From: an uncultured virus (IMG/VR IMGVR_UViG_3300022902_000012)
Taxonomy: Duplodnaviria > Heunggongvirae > Uroviricota > Caudoviricetes
Reading direction: 5' to 3' (one strand)
DNA length: 64,000 bases
IMG/VR virus record: IMGVR_UViG_3300022902_000012
Location: 1-64,000 of that record
Of this stretch, positions 52,573-62,368 are shown piece by piece. A model generated the notes under the pieces. It saw only the letters and a list, made by a program, of their open reading frames with translations, had not been told where the DNA came from and did not search any database. Both the position numbers and the translations under genes were made by a program. Within the stretch, counting starts at the first letter, position 1. Every line of letters begins with the position of its first letter.

Positions 52573-53598
52573 TTAAACATCCCCTCTCAAGGTGAGGCTG
52601 GACAATGGGATGGAACACTCCGTCCGAAGATCCTCGTTGCCTGGATTGCAAGGCAGCACGATCCCCACGGGCACACGACCCACCTCAGAACTCGGGCTCA
52701 TCACCACCAACCGATCAGACATCCCCCCGGCCGGTGCCCACAATTCGAAGCCGAATGCCTCGAGTGCCAGACACACAGGTAGAGCAATCCAATTCCATCC
52801 AACCCGCAAGAAGACCTCAGTCCCCCTCAACTCCGATGCTCCTATCTCCTTGCGAAGACGGGCTGCACCTATCCCCCGACCATCGGTACCTACAACCTCG
52901 AGACTCATGGACTGACGGTCCCACCAACCAACATCATCTGCCAGGTCGTCAACCCCTTTTCTTACCTGCAGTTCACAGCTGGCTGGCCTCGGGACGTCAT
53001 CCTCCCATCCCAGATCAAACAGACAGCGAGTTACCAATCCGCCGCCCACTATGACTCTCCACTGTCGTACTAACCAGCCCGACTTCGGCAACAGAGCATC
53101 GGCGAGAGTCCCGCTTGCAAACATCCCCTCCCGTTCGATGTCGCCTACCAAGCCCCCATCTTGACGTGACCAGAGCCAGTCCACAGGAGTATCGCCTTCC
53201 TCCCCAACGGACCGAGGCATTCCCGCCATCTTACAAGCCACCCCCATCAACCGGGCCATCCTCCGATGTGGCTTGTACCCCAGTAGAGTCTTGTCCTGAT
53301 TGTGCACCCCGATTCCACGCAGGCTCGGATGCCACAGGGCCCACCAGTTACTTACCAGCACAGGCCATGGTGCCCACTCGCATACTCCATATCCTAACTT
53401 GGACAGCTGACCCCCAACACCACCCCCCTCCAGCAATGCCTCCGGTCGGTACACCTTGACACCCGGCCCCAAGTCTCCACGGCCGTATCCTGACCCATGA
53501 AATGGATTGATTGTAGGAGTGATTGTGGGAATGGCTTTGCCATCCCCACACGAGTTAGATTTATTCATCGTCAGAATTCTCCTTGATACGTAACCCAA
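52573..53598 (-). CDS. Hypothetical protein (start probably about 53571)
   Basis: Long ORF on the gene-dense strand; Trp-rich. Confidence 0.5.
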   Translation of the reverse strand: MGYVSRRILTMNKSNSCGDGKAIPTITPTINPFHGSGYGRGDLGPGVKVYRPEALLEGGGVGGQLSKLGYGVCEWAPWPVLVSNWWALWHPSLRGIGVHNQDKTLLGYKPHRRMARLMGVACKMAGMPRSVGEEGDTPVDWLWSRQDGGLVGDIEREGMFASGTLADALLPKSGWLVRQWRVIVGGGLVTRCLFDLGWEDDVPRPASCELQVRKGVDDLADDVGWWDRQSMSLEVVGTDGRGIGAARLRKEIGASELRGTEVFLRVGWNWIALPVCLALEAFGFELWAPAGGMSDRLVVMSPSSEVGRVPVGIVLPCNPGNEDLRTECSIPLSSLTLRGDV

Positions 53599-54007
53599 GC
53601 CCCTTGGCGCTTACCGCATACCCCCCAACCGAGAAGGTGCATAATCCTGGAAGAGAGATTTGTTCAGTTCGGATTACAGAGTAAACGGGAGGTGCTGCCC
53701 GCCTTGCGAAAGGCAGCAGTCCGACCAAACGGTCCATCAGGGATCCCCCAAACTCCGCTCTGGCGTCCACCAAATGGGTGATTGATACAAGAGTGCCCTG
53801 GGCTGTTGCATAACGGTAGTGCTTCCTTGACGACGCCACGTACTCCCCGGGTCCACTACGAGGGTAGAAGCTCACCGACACAGGCATCGCGGCGCGCAAA
53901 GGCACCTCAGCCGCACAAAAGAAGCTCTTCGCAGCCCGAACGAACCCCATAGCAGCAGGGGCGGCCCCCCTCAACGCAGCAGCCATCTCCCGATCCAACC
54001 TGTTCAT
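53561..54007 (-). CDS. Hypothetical protein
   Basis: 148 aa, ATGA overlap. Confidence 0.5.
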   Translation of the reverse strand: MNRLDREMAAALRGAAPAAMGFVRAAKSFFCAAEVPLRAAMPVSVSFYPRSGPGEYVASSRKHYRYATAQGTLVSITHLVDARAEFGGSLMDRLVGLLPFARRAAPPVYSVIRTEQISLPGLCTFSVGGYAVSAKGLGLRIKENSDDE

Positions 54008-54456
54008 CTCTTCGGCCCACCCTCTTTCCCCTTAGGGACAGGCAGCAGATCAGAGTCAGGAGTTGGCAGGGGGAAAGGATACTGAGCAGTTACTTCACTT
54101 GCCGCCATCTTCCCCACCATCAGATCGATCAGCGCGCAGGTGATAGTGCCACGGACTTTCATGTCATCCAGATACTGGACCCATGGTTTGCCTTGGATCA
54201 ATTTCCGCATAACATCTTGGACGTCCATCCCTACCTTGGTTATTACCCCTTCAGCAGAAGTCAATCCGATGACTGCAACGAATGCGTCCAGGCAGGCCTC
54301 GAGCACATGAATATTGTAGATCCACTTAGGATCAGTCGCTGACCACTTCCCAATCAGCTCACGAAGGCAGTTAACATTTGAATCCTGTAGTTCGTACCAA
54401 CCCTTCGAGTACAAGATAATGTGCTGGGACAAAGTTCCCCTATCAGGATTACTCAT
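54004..54456 (-). CDS. Hypothetical protein
   Basis: 150 aa, GGAGG RBS; TTGACT and an imperfect palindrome tgccacgtgtggca upstream. Confidence 0.55.
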   Translation of the reverse strand: MSNPDRGTLSQHIILYSKGWYELQDSNVNCLRELIGKWSATDPKWIYNIHVLEACLDAFVAVIGLTSAEGVITKVGMDVQDVMRKLIQGKPWVQYLDDMKVRGTITCALIDLMVGKMAASEVTAQYPFPLPTPDSDLLPVPKGKEGGPKR

Positions 54457-54516
54457 CGCAGTGGTTCCCTCCGGAGATCAGGTTATGCCACGTGTGGCAC
54501 ACAAAGTCAAGGAGAC

Positions 54517-56089
54517 TCAACAACCCCAATAGTCCCTCACTTGCTCATGAAGATCATACAGGGCGATGTTGAAAACATTGGGGCTCCAAAGTCCTGCCAG
54601 TCCAGCCTTCAGGTTATCCCCAAAGAACCTCCCGAAGATCCCCTCGAGTTTTCTCAAGGACGCCCAGTCAGTTTCCCCGAACGAGCGGTCCCGGAACAAC
54701 CCCCCCACAGATTTATATATCGAGGACCAAGAGTCCTCGAGCATCCTACAGAACATCCCTACCTGGCTGTCCCTCCAAGCATAAGATGGCTCGAGATACT
54801 CTTTCCCTCCAGGGAAAGCAAGGCGCCCCTCCCTCGACAACCGATCACACAGCTTGGTCCCCGGGAACACACGCAGGTGCATGTCGGGATGCCGGAACAC
54901 CTGTTGCAATGCCATCATTCTCCCCCAGGAAGCCCAGCGACTCCTCGAGCTCCTCCCACGTGGTGTCAGGACCAAACAAGATCCGACCGAGGTTCACCCG
55001 TATCCCTGCCCTACGCAGCCCGAGCACAGCAGTTCTCACATCCCTGGACTTCACTCCCTTCCCCAAGTACCCAAGCATCCGATCCGACCCACTCTCGGCC
55101 CCGAGGAACACGGTCTTCATCCCTGACCTATTCAGTTGCTTCAACAGGTCCATGTCCAGTTGCCCACCCCAGTTCAGGGAGTCGGCCCGAAGCTCCACCT
55201 TGTACTCGATATCCAACTCACGTTCCAGGATCTCGTGGGCAATCTCAGTGGCATGGTCCCATCCATCCATCCCCTTTGGCAGGAACAGGTCATCATTGAA
55301 GTAGAACCGACGGATCCCCCTCTGCTTAACCATCACTTCGATCTCATCGACGACATCCCCAGCATCCCGACCAATCCAAGAAGGCTGTCCACAAAGCTTG
55401 CGGACGGCCGGCGTGGTGCAGAAGCTGCAGTTGTGGGGGCACCCGCGGCTCGCCAGGATCCGGGCACACTGTTGTCCATCACCCATCTCATCGAGCACAG
55501 CTCGGTCAGGCTGCAGCCCTTTCCATACCTCCGAGTCACTCACCTTCTCAGTAGCCGGGCCTGTAAAAATGGGGGCAGGACATCCGGCCCGAGGTCGGAA
55601 ACCGATACCCATGACACCAGTCATATAGGTTGTTGGGGGCTCCCCCAGTCTATTAGCCAGACAGACGGCAGAGGCAACCTCGGGGGCAGTCAGTTCCCCG
55701 TCCCCCAGTACAACCACATCACAGGCTGTTGTCTCCCAGTCCTCGAGGATCGCACGGGCGCACAGACTAGCATGGTGTCCGCCCCAACAAACCACAGGGG
55801 ACTCGAGCCTCCACATAGCCCGGACATCCCGGCTGACCCGACTTACCACCTCCGCATTCGAACAGTCCACCGTGAACCCAACCATACCAGCCATAGGAAT
55901 CCGGGACAGAGTTGTCACTACTTTGGCGACACCACCCATCACCCCGCTATCCAGGATCCTCACCTCATGCCCACACCCCCGCAAAGAGGCAGACACATAG
56001 GCCAGGCCCAGGTGTTCGTCGGCATGAACCCGTTGTCTAACCAGGTCGCCCCCAGCCTCGGTCAGTAATCTCACCAGATAGATCAACAT
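54517..56089 (-). pseudogene. B12-binding radical SAM enzyme broken by a +1 frameshift near a G5 run (54922-54926)
   Basis: 'HLGLAYVSASLR', 'WGGHHASL', 'SRGCPHNCSFC', 'FNDDLF', 'LGAESGSDRML' in 54845-56089; C-terminal 'LRVFPGTKL..RLSREGRL' lies in the next frame. Confidence 0.75.
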
Positions 56090-57045
56090 CAGCCTGGCTC
56101 CCTCATGTACGTGCAGTCATCGTTGCCGCAGTGCATGCAGCCAGGCTCTCCTGTCTTGCACTGATGGAGGTCCGCCCCACACTCCGGACACTTCTCAACA
56201 TCGTCGTCAGCCTCACCTTTGCTTCCGCAATGAGCGCACTCAAAATGCTCCGGGCTGGCTTTTTTCAGGTTTTCAGCCAGGCACCTGTCCCTATCGACAA
56301 CGGCTGTAATATTGAAAAGCGGGTCTCCACCTTCCTCAGTCCTGCTCTCACACTCGGGATTACTGCAACGAATCAATTCCATAGTCTCCAGGGCGTACAT
56401 GGCGTCACGCACCTCGACCAGCTCATGCACGGCTGTGTCCATCATTCTGGCAGCCTCCGCTGCTGCTTCGGCCACAGAGACGGCCTCGAGGCAGGCATCG
56501 CCGATCTCAATGCAGATGAATCGCGCCAGGCCATCCCCTTCAGAGTTCTCTCGGATAAGGTCCCCCCCATCTGGGTACGCCTGGCGGGCAGATGTGAGCA
56601 GCACTTCTCTGATGTCCCTTGTCATCTCTGCGACAACTCTGTCTCTAATGTTTTCCGTCTCCACGTCGACAGGTAGCACATCCCCTCGTCGGCTGGCAGT
56701 GAACATGGCCTTGGCCGTCTCGATGTGGACATCGTGGTCCTCGCTCACCCACAGTGGATCCTTGATACTCAGGGTAAGCCATGCGGTGTCAACGTCAGCC
56801 TGTACCACAGAAGGATGCACCTCGATACGAGGTACCTTCTCGCCAGGAAACGTGCTGCCGATGACGAGGCGGGCATCCCACCGAACGCGCTGCCAGAGCA
56901 TCTCACGCAATGGAGTCAACTGCCCCAGACAGCCAATCAGGTCCATGCCTCCGTTGGCGTGCTCGACAACCTCGATCCCGCGGTGCTTGCACAGCCGCCG
57001 GATGATGGTTCCCCTCTTCATATTTTCATCCACCCCTCGCGGCAT
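56089..57045 (-). CDS. Hypothetical multi-module protein with C-terminal Zn ribbons
   Basis: 'GDGLARFICIEI', 'CSNPEC', 'CAHCG', 'CPECG', 'CMHCG'. Confidence 0.55.
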   Translation of the reverse strand: MPRGVDENMKRGTIIRRLCKHRGIEVVEHANGGMDLIGCLGQLTPLREMLWQRVRWDARLVIGSTFPGEKVPRIEVHPSVVQADVDTAWLTLSIKDPLWVSEDHDVHIETAKAMFTASRRGDVLPVDVETENIRDRVVAEMTRDIREVLLTSARQAYPDGGDLIRENSEGDGLARFICIEIGDACLEAVSVAEAAAEAARMMDTAVHELVEVRDAMYALETMELIRCSNPECESRTEEGGDPLFNITAVVDRDRCLAENLKKASPEHFECAHCGSKGEADDDVEKCPECGADLHQCKTGEPGCMHCGNDDCTYMREPG

Positions 57046-57356
57046 CAGGCGTCTTCGATGGCATCGGAGAAGTGGTCCTCGAGGACATCCACGTCATCGT
57101 TGTGCTCCAACCAGGCCCTGGCTTCCGCAGGTGTCAGGGGGGCGATACCCTCACCACTGCCACGTCCATGCTGCATATCCCCCTCACCCCAGCGGGTCAT
57201 AGGCCCTCCCATTCCGTGGAGGAACCAGGTTCCCTTCTTCGTCAAGTACAGGTCTTCGGAGTACTGATCGAAGTCTCCGGCGTAGCCGCGGCTGAACGAC
57301 GCCACACACTCAGCCGTGGCTGTGTTGTACCGCTTCCCATCAATGATCTTGATCAT
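57045..57356 (-). CDS. Conserved phage hypothetical protein
   Basis: 'KIIDGKRYNTATA...EDLYLTKKGTWFLHGMGG...PLTPAEARAWLE'. Confidence 0.7.
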   Translation of the reverse strand: MIKIIDGKRYNTATAECVASFSRGYAGDFDQYSEDLYLTKKGTWFLHGMGGPMTRWGEGDMQHGRGSGEGIAPLTPAEARAWLEHNDDVDVLEDHFSDAIEDA

Positions 57357-57757
57357 GTCCCTTCCTCCTCGTCTATCGGATAAGGCCAGTCCTCACCCGT
57401 CTGATGTTCGAAGTCCCCCTTATCCACCCACACCCAGGCTTGCACGTAGGCCCCACCCCCATCCGCTCCGACCGACACATAAGCGTCGTCATCGATCTCC
57501 AACTCACCCTCGATGTAGTGCCGACGCTTGGTATACTCCACCACAGCATCATGCTCGGCTGTGTCAGCAGATAGCTTGAGACGGGTCAGCGCAGTAACCA
57601 GCAGGTCCTTAGCCTTGGTAGACGTTGCCCACCCATGTTTGTGCAGGCACACCTTGAGCCAGTTCACGGCCTCATGGACCACGGGCGGGGCGTGCCCTGG
57701 CTCTTCGTTCTTTGTCGCGAACTCAGCCGGCCGACTCTTCACTCTGTCACTACTCAC
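57353..57757 (-). CDS. Hypothetical protein
   Basis: 'GELEIDDDAYVS..GGAYVQAWVWV'. Confidence 0.6.
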   Translation of the reverse strand: MSSDRVKSRPAEFATKNEEPGHAPPVVHEAVNWLKVCLHKHGWATSTKAKDLLVTALTRLKLSADTAEHDAVVEYTKRRHYIEGELEIDDDAYVSVGADGGGAYVQAWVWVDKGDFEHQTGEDWPYPIDEEEGT

Positions 57758-58038
57758 GGAAGGTAGCCCTCACAATCAGGATCTTCGACCAGGCCCAAGG
57801 CATTCTTAACTACCCTGAACCCGCTACAATCCTTTTGCAGTTTCCTCTTCAGTTCTTCGACAGGGGAGACATCAAGCCAGATATTAAAAGATGGGTAGTC
57901 TGCTGGATTGTAGGTAGCAAATAAGGTCGGACCATGGGGAGCTTTAACTATTAGGACAGCAGCACCATCATCGTTGAGCAACAAGGTATTACCTCTCTCG
58001 CAAACCCCCCCGTTGGCAAACAACTCATGTGCGTTCAT
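57754..58038 (-). CDS. Hypothetical protein
   Basis: 94 aa, overlap chain. Confidence 0.45.
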   Translation of the reverse strand: MNAHELFANGGVCERGNTLLLNDDGAAVLIVKAPHGPTLFATYNPADYPSFNIWLDVSPVEELKRKLQKDCSGFRVVKNALGLVEDPDCEGYLP

Positions 58039-58472
58039 CGGGACGCCCCTGCAATCTTAGCCTTCCTACATTGGCGGTCTTCAATGTTGGTCCACCATGC
58101 CTGCTCAGGGGGGCGGAGGCCAAAGCCCTTCTCGAGCATCTCAACACGGCAGGCCAGCAGCAGCCACCGGGCCTGGAGGAAATTCATGTACGCGGCGGCG
58201 CGTTCACCTCCATCATCATCCTTGAATCTTGGATCCTCTCTAAAGGTGAAGTCACCAACAGTTCCTTGGAAATCACACTCAGGGCACTCACAGTAACTTT
58301 GATTGCCCCAGATGGTATCTCCAGAAGGTGCTTCATTTCCATCATCATAGATGTCTAGTACCTCGGTGCATGTCATCTCGATCCGCAGGGAATCCTGGTG
58401 CCCACAACAGGGACAGCACATCCCCCTAAGGGCGTTGACGTTCATGTCCTCAGCCGTTAACTGTTTATGCAT
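58035..58472 (-). CDS. Hypothetical Zn-ribbon protein
   Basis: 'LRGMCCPCCG', 'CECPECDFQGTVGDF'. Confidence 0.55.
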   Translation of the reverse strand: MHKQLTAEDMNVNALRGMCCPCCGHQDSLRIEMTCTEVLDIYDDGNEAPSGDTIWGNQSYCECPECDFQGTVGDFTFREDPRFKDDDGGERAAAYMNFLQARWLLLACRVEMLEKGFGLRPPEQAWWTNIEDRQCRKAKIAGASR

Positions 58473-59194
58473 CAGACCGTCTCCCCATCAAACACAGGAT
58501 CGTTGCCAGCTTCCCCAAGGTCAGGCTCACTCCCGCCAAGAGTCCGGCCCCCCGCGGCACCATACATCTTGAGCATCAGGTTGGACGCCGGACAATCAGG
58601 GGCACGCTCCCCATCCTGCACATCCCCAGCGTACCGACGCAGCCCGGCCAGGCAATCCCCACCCATGAAGTCCCGAGCCGACGAACCAATCCTATTCACA
58701 GGCCTATCAAGCAAGTCCTCCATCAATCTCTCATCGGCCAGGATCTCTTCGGCCCGCTTGACCCCCCGACTTACAGCCCACCCGAACCGCGGCGCCGAGT
58801 CATCATCCAGCGGCGCCCTCGTACCGTGCGTCCGCAAGGCATCAGCCAACAGAGGAAACAGTTTCCCCAGTTTCTCACCGTCGTCCAGTTCCTCATCGGC
58901 AACCATCTCGGCGTAGTAGTCTTGTTGTCCACAGTAATCCAAGGCGCTATTCCAGACAGAGGCATCAACCCCCAGTACATCAACGAGCTGCACCTCCCAC
59001 ACAAACTGATCCCCTCCGCCACCACGCCAGTCATCCCCGCAGGCATCTTGCATGTCCGTCACTTCAACGAACAGGTACCGATGCGCAACCTTCCCAGCCT
59101 CGCCAGTCAACGACTTGCAGTAGACCGCGTGGGTATCCTCGTACCAGACTTCCCACCCTCGGGCCTCAGCCCACTTGCCCAGCTCACTCATCAA
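58472..59194 (-). CDS. Hypothetical acidic protein
   Basis: 240 aa, overlap chain. Confidence 0.6.
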   Translation of the reverse strand: MMSELGKWAEARGWEVWYEDTHAVYCKSLTGEAGKVAHRYLFVEVTDMQDACGDDWRGGGGDQFVWEVQLVDVLGVDASVWNSALDYCGQQDYYAEMVADEELDDGEKLGKLFPLLADALRTHGTRAPLDDDSAPRFGWAVSRGVKRAEEILADERLMEDLLDRPVNRIGSSARDFMGGDCLAGLRRYAGDVQDGERAPDCPASNLMLKMYGAAGGRTLGGSEPDLGEAGNDPVFDGETV

Positions 59195-59763
59195 GTTGTC
59201 TCCCCATACCAGGGCAGATAGCCGCAGGCATCAATCTCGAACGGGTCCTGTCCCTCGTCACCGTCGTAACCATTCAGCTCCAGGTTGAGATTGTCGATGT
59301 CCATGCCGTTGTCCTCATGGCTATCAGTCCAGGCCACCCCATGGCCTACGATAGGCATCACCTGGTAGTGCCCCCAACCATCCAGGTCATCGAGGGCGTC
59401 AGCCTTACCAGCCCACTGCCACCAGCCACCCTCAGTCTGTGCCCGCTCGATCTTGCATGCCAGCTGTTCGGCATACCAGTCAGCTTGCTTGAACCCCAAC
59501 TCATAGCGGGCATCAGCATCCCCCTTGTCTGGGGCAATATCCATGAGGTCTACCCCCATCAAGCTCCGACCCCCAAAGGCCCGAGCACTATCAGGCATGC
59601 CAGCATATTCCTCGTCGGTCAGATCATCGTTGTCCGACAGCCACGACTCACCACCAGGCTTGTCCTCCTCGCAGGAGATCCAGGCCAGCACGAAGATGGT
59701 CCGAGCCATCGACTCGACAACCTCGGCACGCACTTCGCTCACTTCCATCTCAGTCTTCGGCAT
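59191..59763 (-). CDS. Hypothetical acidic protein
   Basis: 'WGHYQVMPIVGHGVAWTDSH'; GAGGAGG RBS. Confidence 0.6.
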   Translation of the reverse strand: MPKTEMEVSEVRAEVVESMARTIFVLAWISCEEDKPGGESWLSDNDDLTDEEYAGMPDSARAFGGRSLMGVDLMDIAPDKGDADARYELGFKQADWYAEQLACKIERAQTEGGWWQWAGKADALDDLDGWGHYQVMPIVGHGVAWTDSHEDNGMDIDNLNLELNGYDGDEGQDPFEIDACGYLPWYGETT

Positions 59764-59765
59764 TA

Positions 59766-60905
59766 CTATGCTCCTCCTCGCCTGAACATCTCGGTCAGGA
59801 CATCAGCAATCTCGCAGGTAGCAAGGGTTCGATTAGTCGCCTGATTCAGGTCGACCTTGATCTCCTCGGCCAGCCACTGCAGGTCTTCACCCTCCACATG
59901 TAGGGCCCGCAGTGGCGCCCCCCACAGGCCCAGCCAGAACTCAACCCGATCCGATTCCGGCTCGACATCAGACAGGTGAACAAGCAGGTCCTCTCGGATC
60001 CCTTCAGCATTCGGCTTGAATGCTTTGTTGTCCTTGATCTCCTCTTGCACATAATGCACGGCATCGCACAAGGCTCCATCCCAGGTCTCATCCGGCTCAA
60101 GCGGATCAAGCAGGTGCCCACGAATGGCATCGGCGAGCTGGCCATCATCGAAGTAATCATCCTCCTCGTCAGACTTGATCTGCTCTCGCTGGATCTCCAG
60201 GTCAGCCTCGTCCTCCGAGGTCAGTGTCTCGAAGCAGTCGATGCACACAGAGCCACCATGGTACTCATCGCCGGGCTTGGGGAAACTCTGCCCGAGGTCG
60301 TATGTATCGCCGCCGCCGAACTTCCCTTCGCCAACCCCGCGCAGGAGTATGGCATCTACACACTCCGGGCACATCTCAGCGCAGTCCCGGCACAGGGCAA
60401 CCTCCCCCCCGTTACCCGCGACGAAGGTGAAGGGGGGCTGCTCATCACCGGCATCATCCTGGTCCTGCGTGTAGACGCCGCGGAGAGCCCGGTCCCATTG
60501 CATGAAGTACTTGTAGTCATCGGGCGTACCCTTGCCCGTCGTCAGCCGGCGGAAGATCTCTTCACTGGCGTCGTCCCCGATCATCATCCGGCCCCCACAG
60601 GCAGCGCAGACCCACAGGATTCCCTGGTCCTCCGGCCGAGCCCAGTCAACAGGCTCAGTCGATTGGTCCTCGGTAGCATGCAGCCGCTCGAACCTGTCCG
60701 GGTCCTCGTCGTTCATCACGACCGACCGCAGGTGCGCAAGCTCGGCTTCCTCAGCATCGATCCCGTCGGGCAGTACACCCTGACAGCAAGGGCAGCCCTT
60801 GCTCGCCCGAAACAGAGTGGCCTCCCACCAGGTCATGTCCCCAGTAGCCACCCCATACCCATCCCAGGGCTCGTTGCACACTCCACATAGAATGTCTTGG
60901 CTCAC
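59766..60905 (-). CDS. Hypothetical acidic, Cys-rich protein
   Basis: GTG at 60905 overlaps the upstream stop; 'DILCGVCNEPWD...KGCPCC'. Confidence 0.6.
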   Translation of the reverse strand: MSQDILCGVCNEPWDGYGVATGDMTWWEATLFRASKGCPCCQGVLPDGIDAEEAELAHLRSVVMNDEDPDRFERLHATEDQSTEPVDWARPEDQGILWVCAACGGRMMIGDDASEEIFRRLTTGKGTPDDYKYFMQWDRALRGVYTQDQDDAGDEQPPFTFVAGNGGEVALCRDCAEMCPECVDAILLRGVGEGKFGGGDTYDLGQSFPKPGDEYHGGSVCIDCFETLTSEDEADLEIQREQIKSDEEDDYFDDGQLADAIRGHLLDPLEPDETWDGALCDAVHYVQEEIKDNKAFKPNAEGIREDLLVHLSDVEPESDRVEFWLGLWGAPLRALHVEGEDLQWLAEEIKVDLNQATNRTLATCEIADVLTEMFRRGGA

Positions 60906-61120
60906 GTCAATTGTCTCCCAATGAAGGCAGCAACATCTGCCGGCTCGAAGCCGTACTCCGCAAGTAGATAATCGAGTTGGCCAGCAGCCCCTGAGTTGTT
61001 GATGTTGCTTGCCTCGCAGGACTTGCATTCATGAACGAGGTCATCCAGCCATTCAGCGGCATCTTCCATGCTGCCGTACTCCTCGGCGAGAATCCTCTCG
61101 AGCTTCTGTCTATCGGTCAT
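60902..61120 (-). CDS. Hypothetical protein
   Basis: 'LDDLVHECKSCEASNINNSGAAGQLDYL'. Confidence 0.55.
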   Translation of the reverse strand: MTDRQKLERILAEEYGSMEDAAEWLDDLVHECKSCEASNINNSGAAGQLDYLLAEYGFEPADVAAFIGRQLT

Positions 61121-61440
61121 ACCGCGTTGCCTTCTTTGTCTACCGACGTTATGTACGTAGGCCAGCCCAGGAAATTGAGTAATTGACCGCCCCCCACCTC
61201 CTTATCAGCCTGGAGTTTGAACTCATGGCTCAGATCATGTGGCCACTCAGCCGTCGTATGATCTCGATCGTTGAGCCATTGAGCGAGTGCCGGATTAAAC
61301 TCGGCCTTTGGGTTGAACCAGATGCCGCACTCCGGGCAATCAACCAGACCCTCGAAGTCAGGCTTGGCTTCAAACTCAGCGCCGCACCCAATGATGTCCC
61401 CATCGGAATGCCTGCTTGTCGGACAGATGTACTTGGCCAT
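61117..61440 (-). CDS. Hypothetical Zn-ribbon protein
   Basis: 'IIGCG...EGLVDCPECGIWF'. Confidence 0.55.
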   Translation of the reverse strand: MAKYICPTSRHSDGDIIGCGAEFEAKPDFEGLVDCPECGIWFNPKAEFNPALAQWLNDRDHTTAEWPHDLSHEFKLQADKEVGGGQLLNFLGWPTYITSVDKEGNAV

Positions 61441-61799
61441 TAGTAGGCCTCGTACATCCCGGCCTCATCTTCTCCGTCGACAGCATCGAGCAGGCCCAAG
61501 GCCATCTCCCCGGTCATGCCCGGTTCCATGGCGCACAGCAACTTGTCCAGGCTTTCGCGGCGCCCACCCATCCGGGCAGCGCAGGATGCCTCAAACTCGT
61601 CGCGCAGGGCCTGGGCCTCTCGGTGGCTCAGGCCAGAGCCAGGCGCCGCATAGTAGGTCATGCACCCCCCATCTCCGGCCTGCGATGCTTGCAACACAGG
61701 GGCATCATCAACATGCACCACACAGGTCCAGGCATACCCCTTCCCTGTGTCATGCCCCTTCAACCCACTGATCGTGATCATCCGAAGTTCAATGCTCAT
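61440..61799 (-). CDS. Hypothetical protein
   Basis: MSIELRM..., 'SQAGDGGCM'. Confidence 0.5.
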   Translation of the reverse strand: MSIELRMITISGLKGHDTGKGYAWTCVVHVDDAPVLQASQAGDGGCMTYYAAPGSGLSHREAQALRDEFEASCAARMGGRRESLDKLLCAMEPGMTGEMALGLLDAVDGEDEAGMYEAY

Positions 61800-61804
61800 G
61801 ATCT

Positions 61805-62140
61805 CTATCTCTCCATCTTCCAGAGGTTGTAGTTGCTCGGGTAGCATCTTTGCAGCATCTTCTCAGCCAGAGCCAAGTCGACCCCAGGGAATAGCTCAGG
61901 CCAGGTCAAGATGATGGCGTAGGTTGCGCAGTCCTCTTCGAACCACAGCCCAGCCCCGCCGTTGCCAGGGTTTTCCCAGTCGGTATCGCCGATGGCAGAT
62001 AGAGCCGGCGGCATCGAGCCAATCAGTTGCGATGCCACGTAGACACCCCCATGCGACGGCGTCTGGTACTCAATGACCCCAGGCATCAGAACCTTGACAT
62101 GGTCGGGCCTGCCCCATGGTGTGTTAGTTGGCTTCAACAT
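61805..62140 (-). CDS. DUF7007-like conserved hypothetical protein
   Basis: 'TPWG', 'TPSHGG', 'WFEEDC'. Confidence 0.6.
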   Translation of the reverse strand: MLKPTNTPWGRPDHVKVLMPGVIEYQTPSHGGVYVASQLIGSMPPALSAIGDTDWENPGNGGAGLWFEEDCATYAIILTWPELFPGVDLALAEKMLQRCYPSNYNLWKMER

Positions 62141-62145
62141 GATCC

Positions 62146-62364
62146 CTATCCCTCCTCGCTCGCGTTCAACCAGTCGGCTACTTCGCAGGCCAAGTCAGCT
62201 CGCCAGCCACCAAAGTGCCAGTAGTCATGAGATCGATCCGTGTCGGACGTCGATCCACTGTAATGCACCTCGCCGTTCTTCTTGACCCTCACCCGTCGGC
62301 TACCTACCCCATGCCCGAGGTACTCTCGGATCTGCGCGTCGGTAACATCTGTGTACTTGATCAT
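62146..62364 (-). CDS. Hypothetical protein
   Basis: GAGGAGGT RBS; 'RRVRVKKNGEVHYSG'. Confidence 0.5.
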   Translation of the reverse strand: MIKYTDVTDAQIREYLGHGVGSRRVRVKKNGEVHYSGSTSDTDRSHDYWHFGGWRADLACEVADWLNASEEG

Positions 62365-62368
62365 CAAA

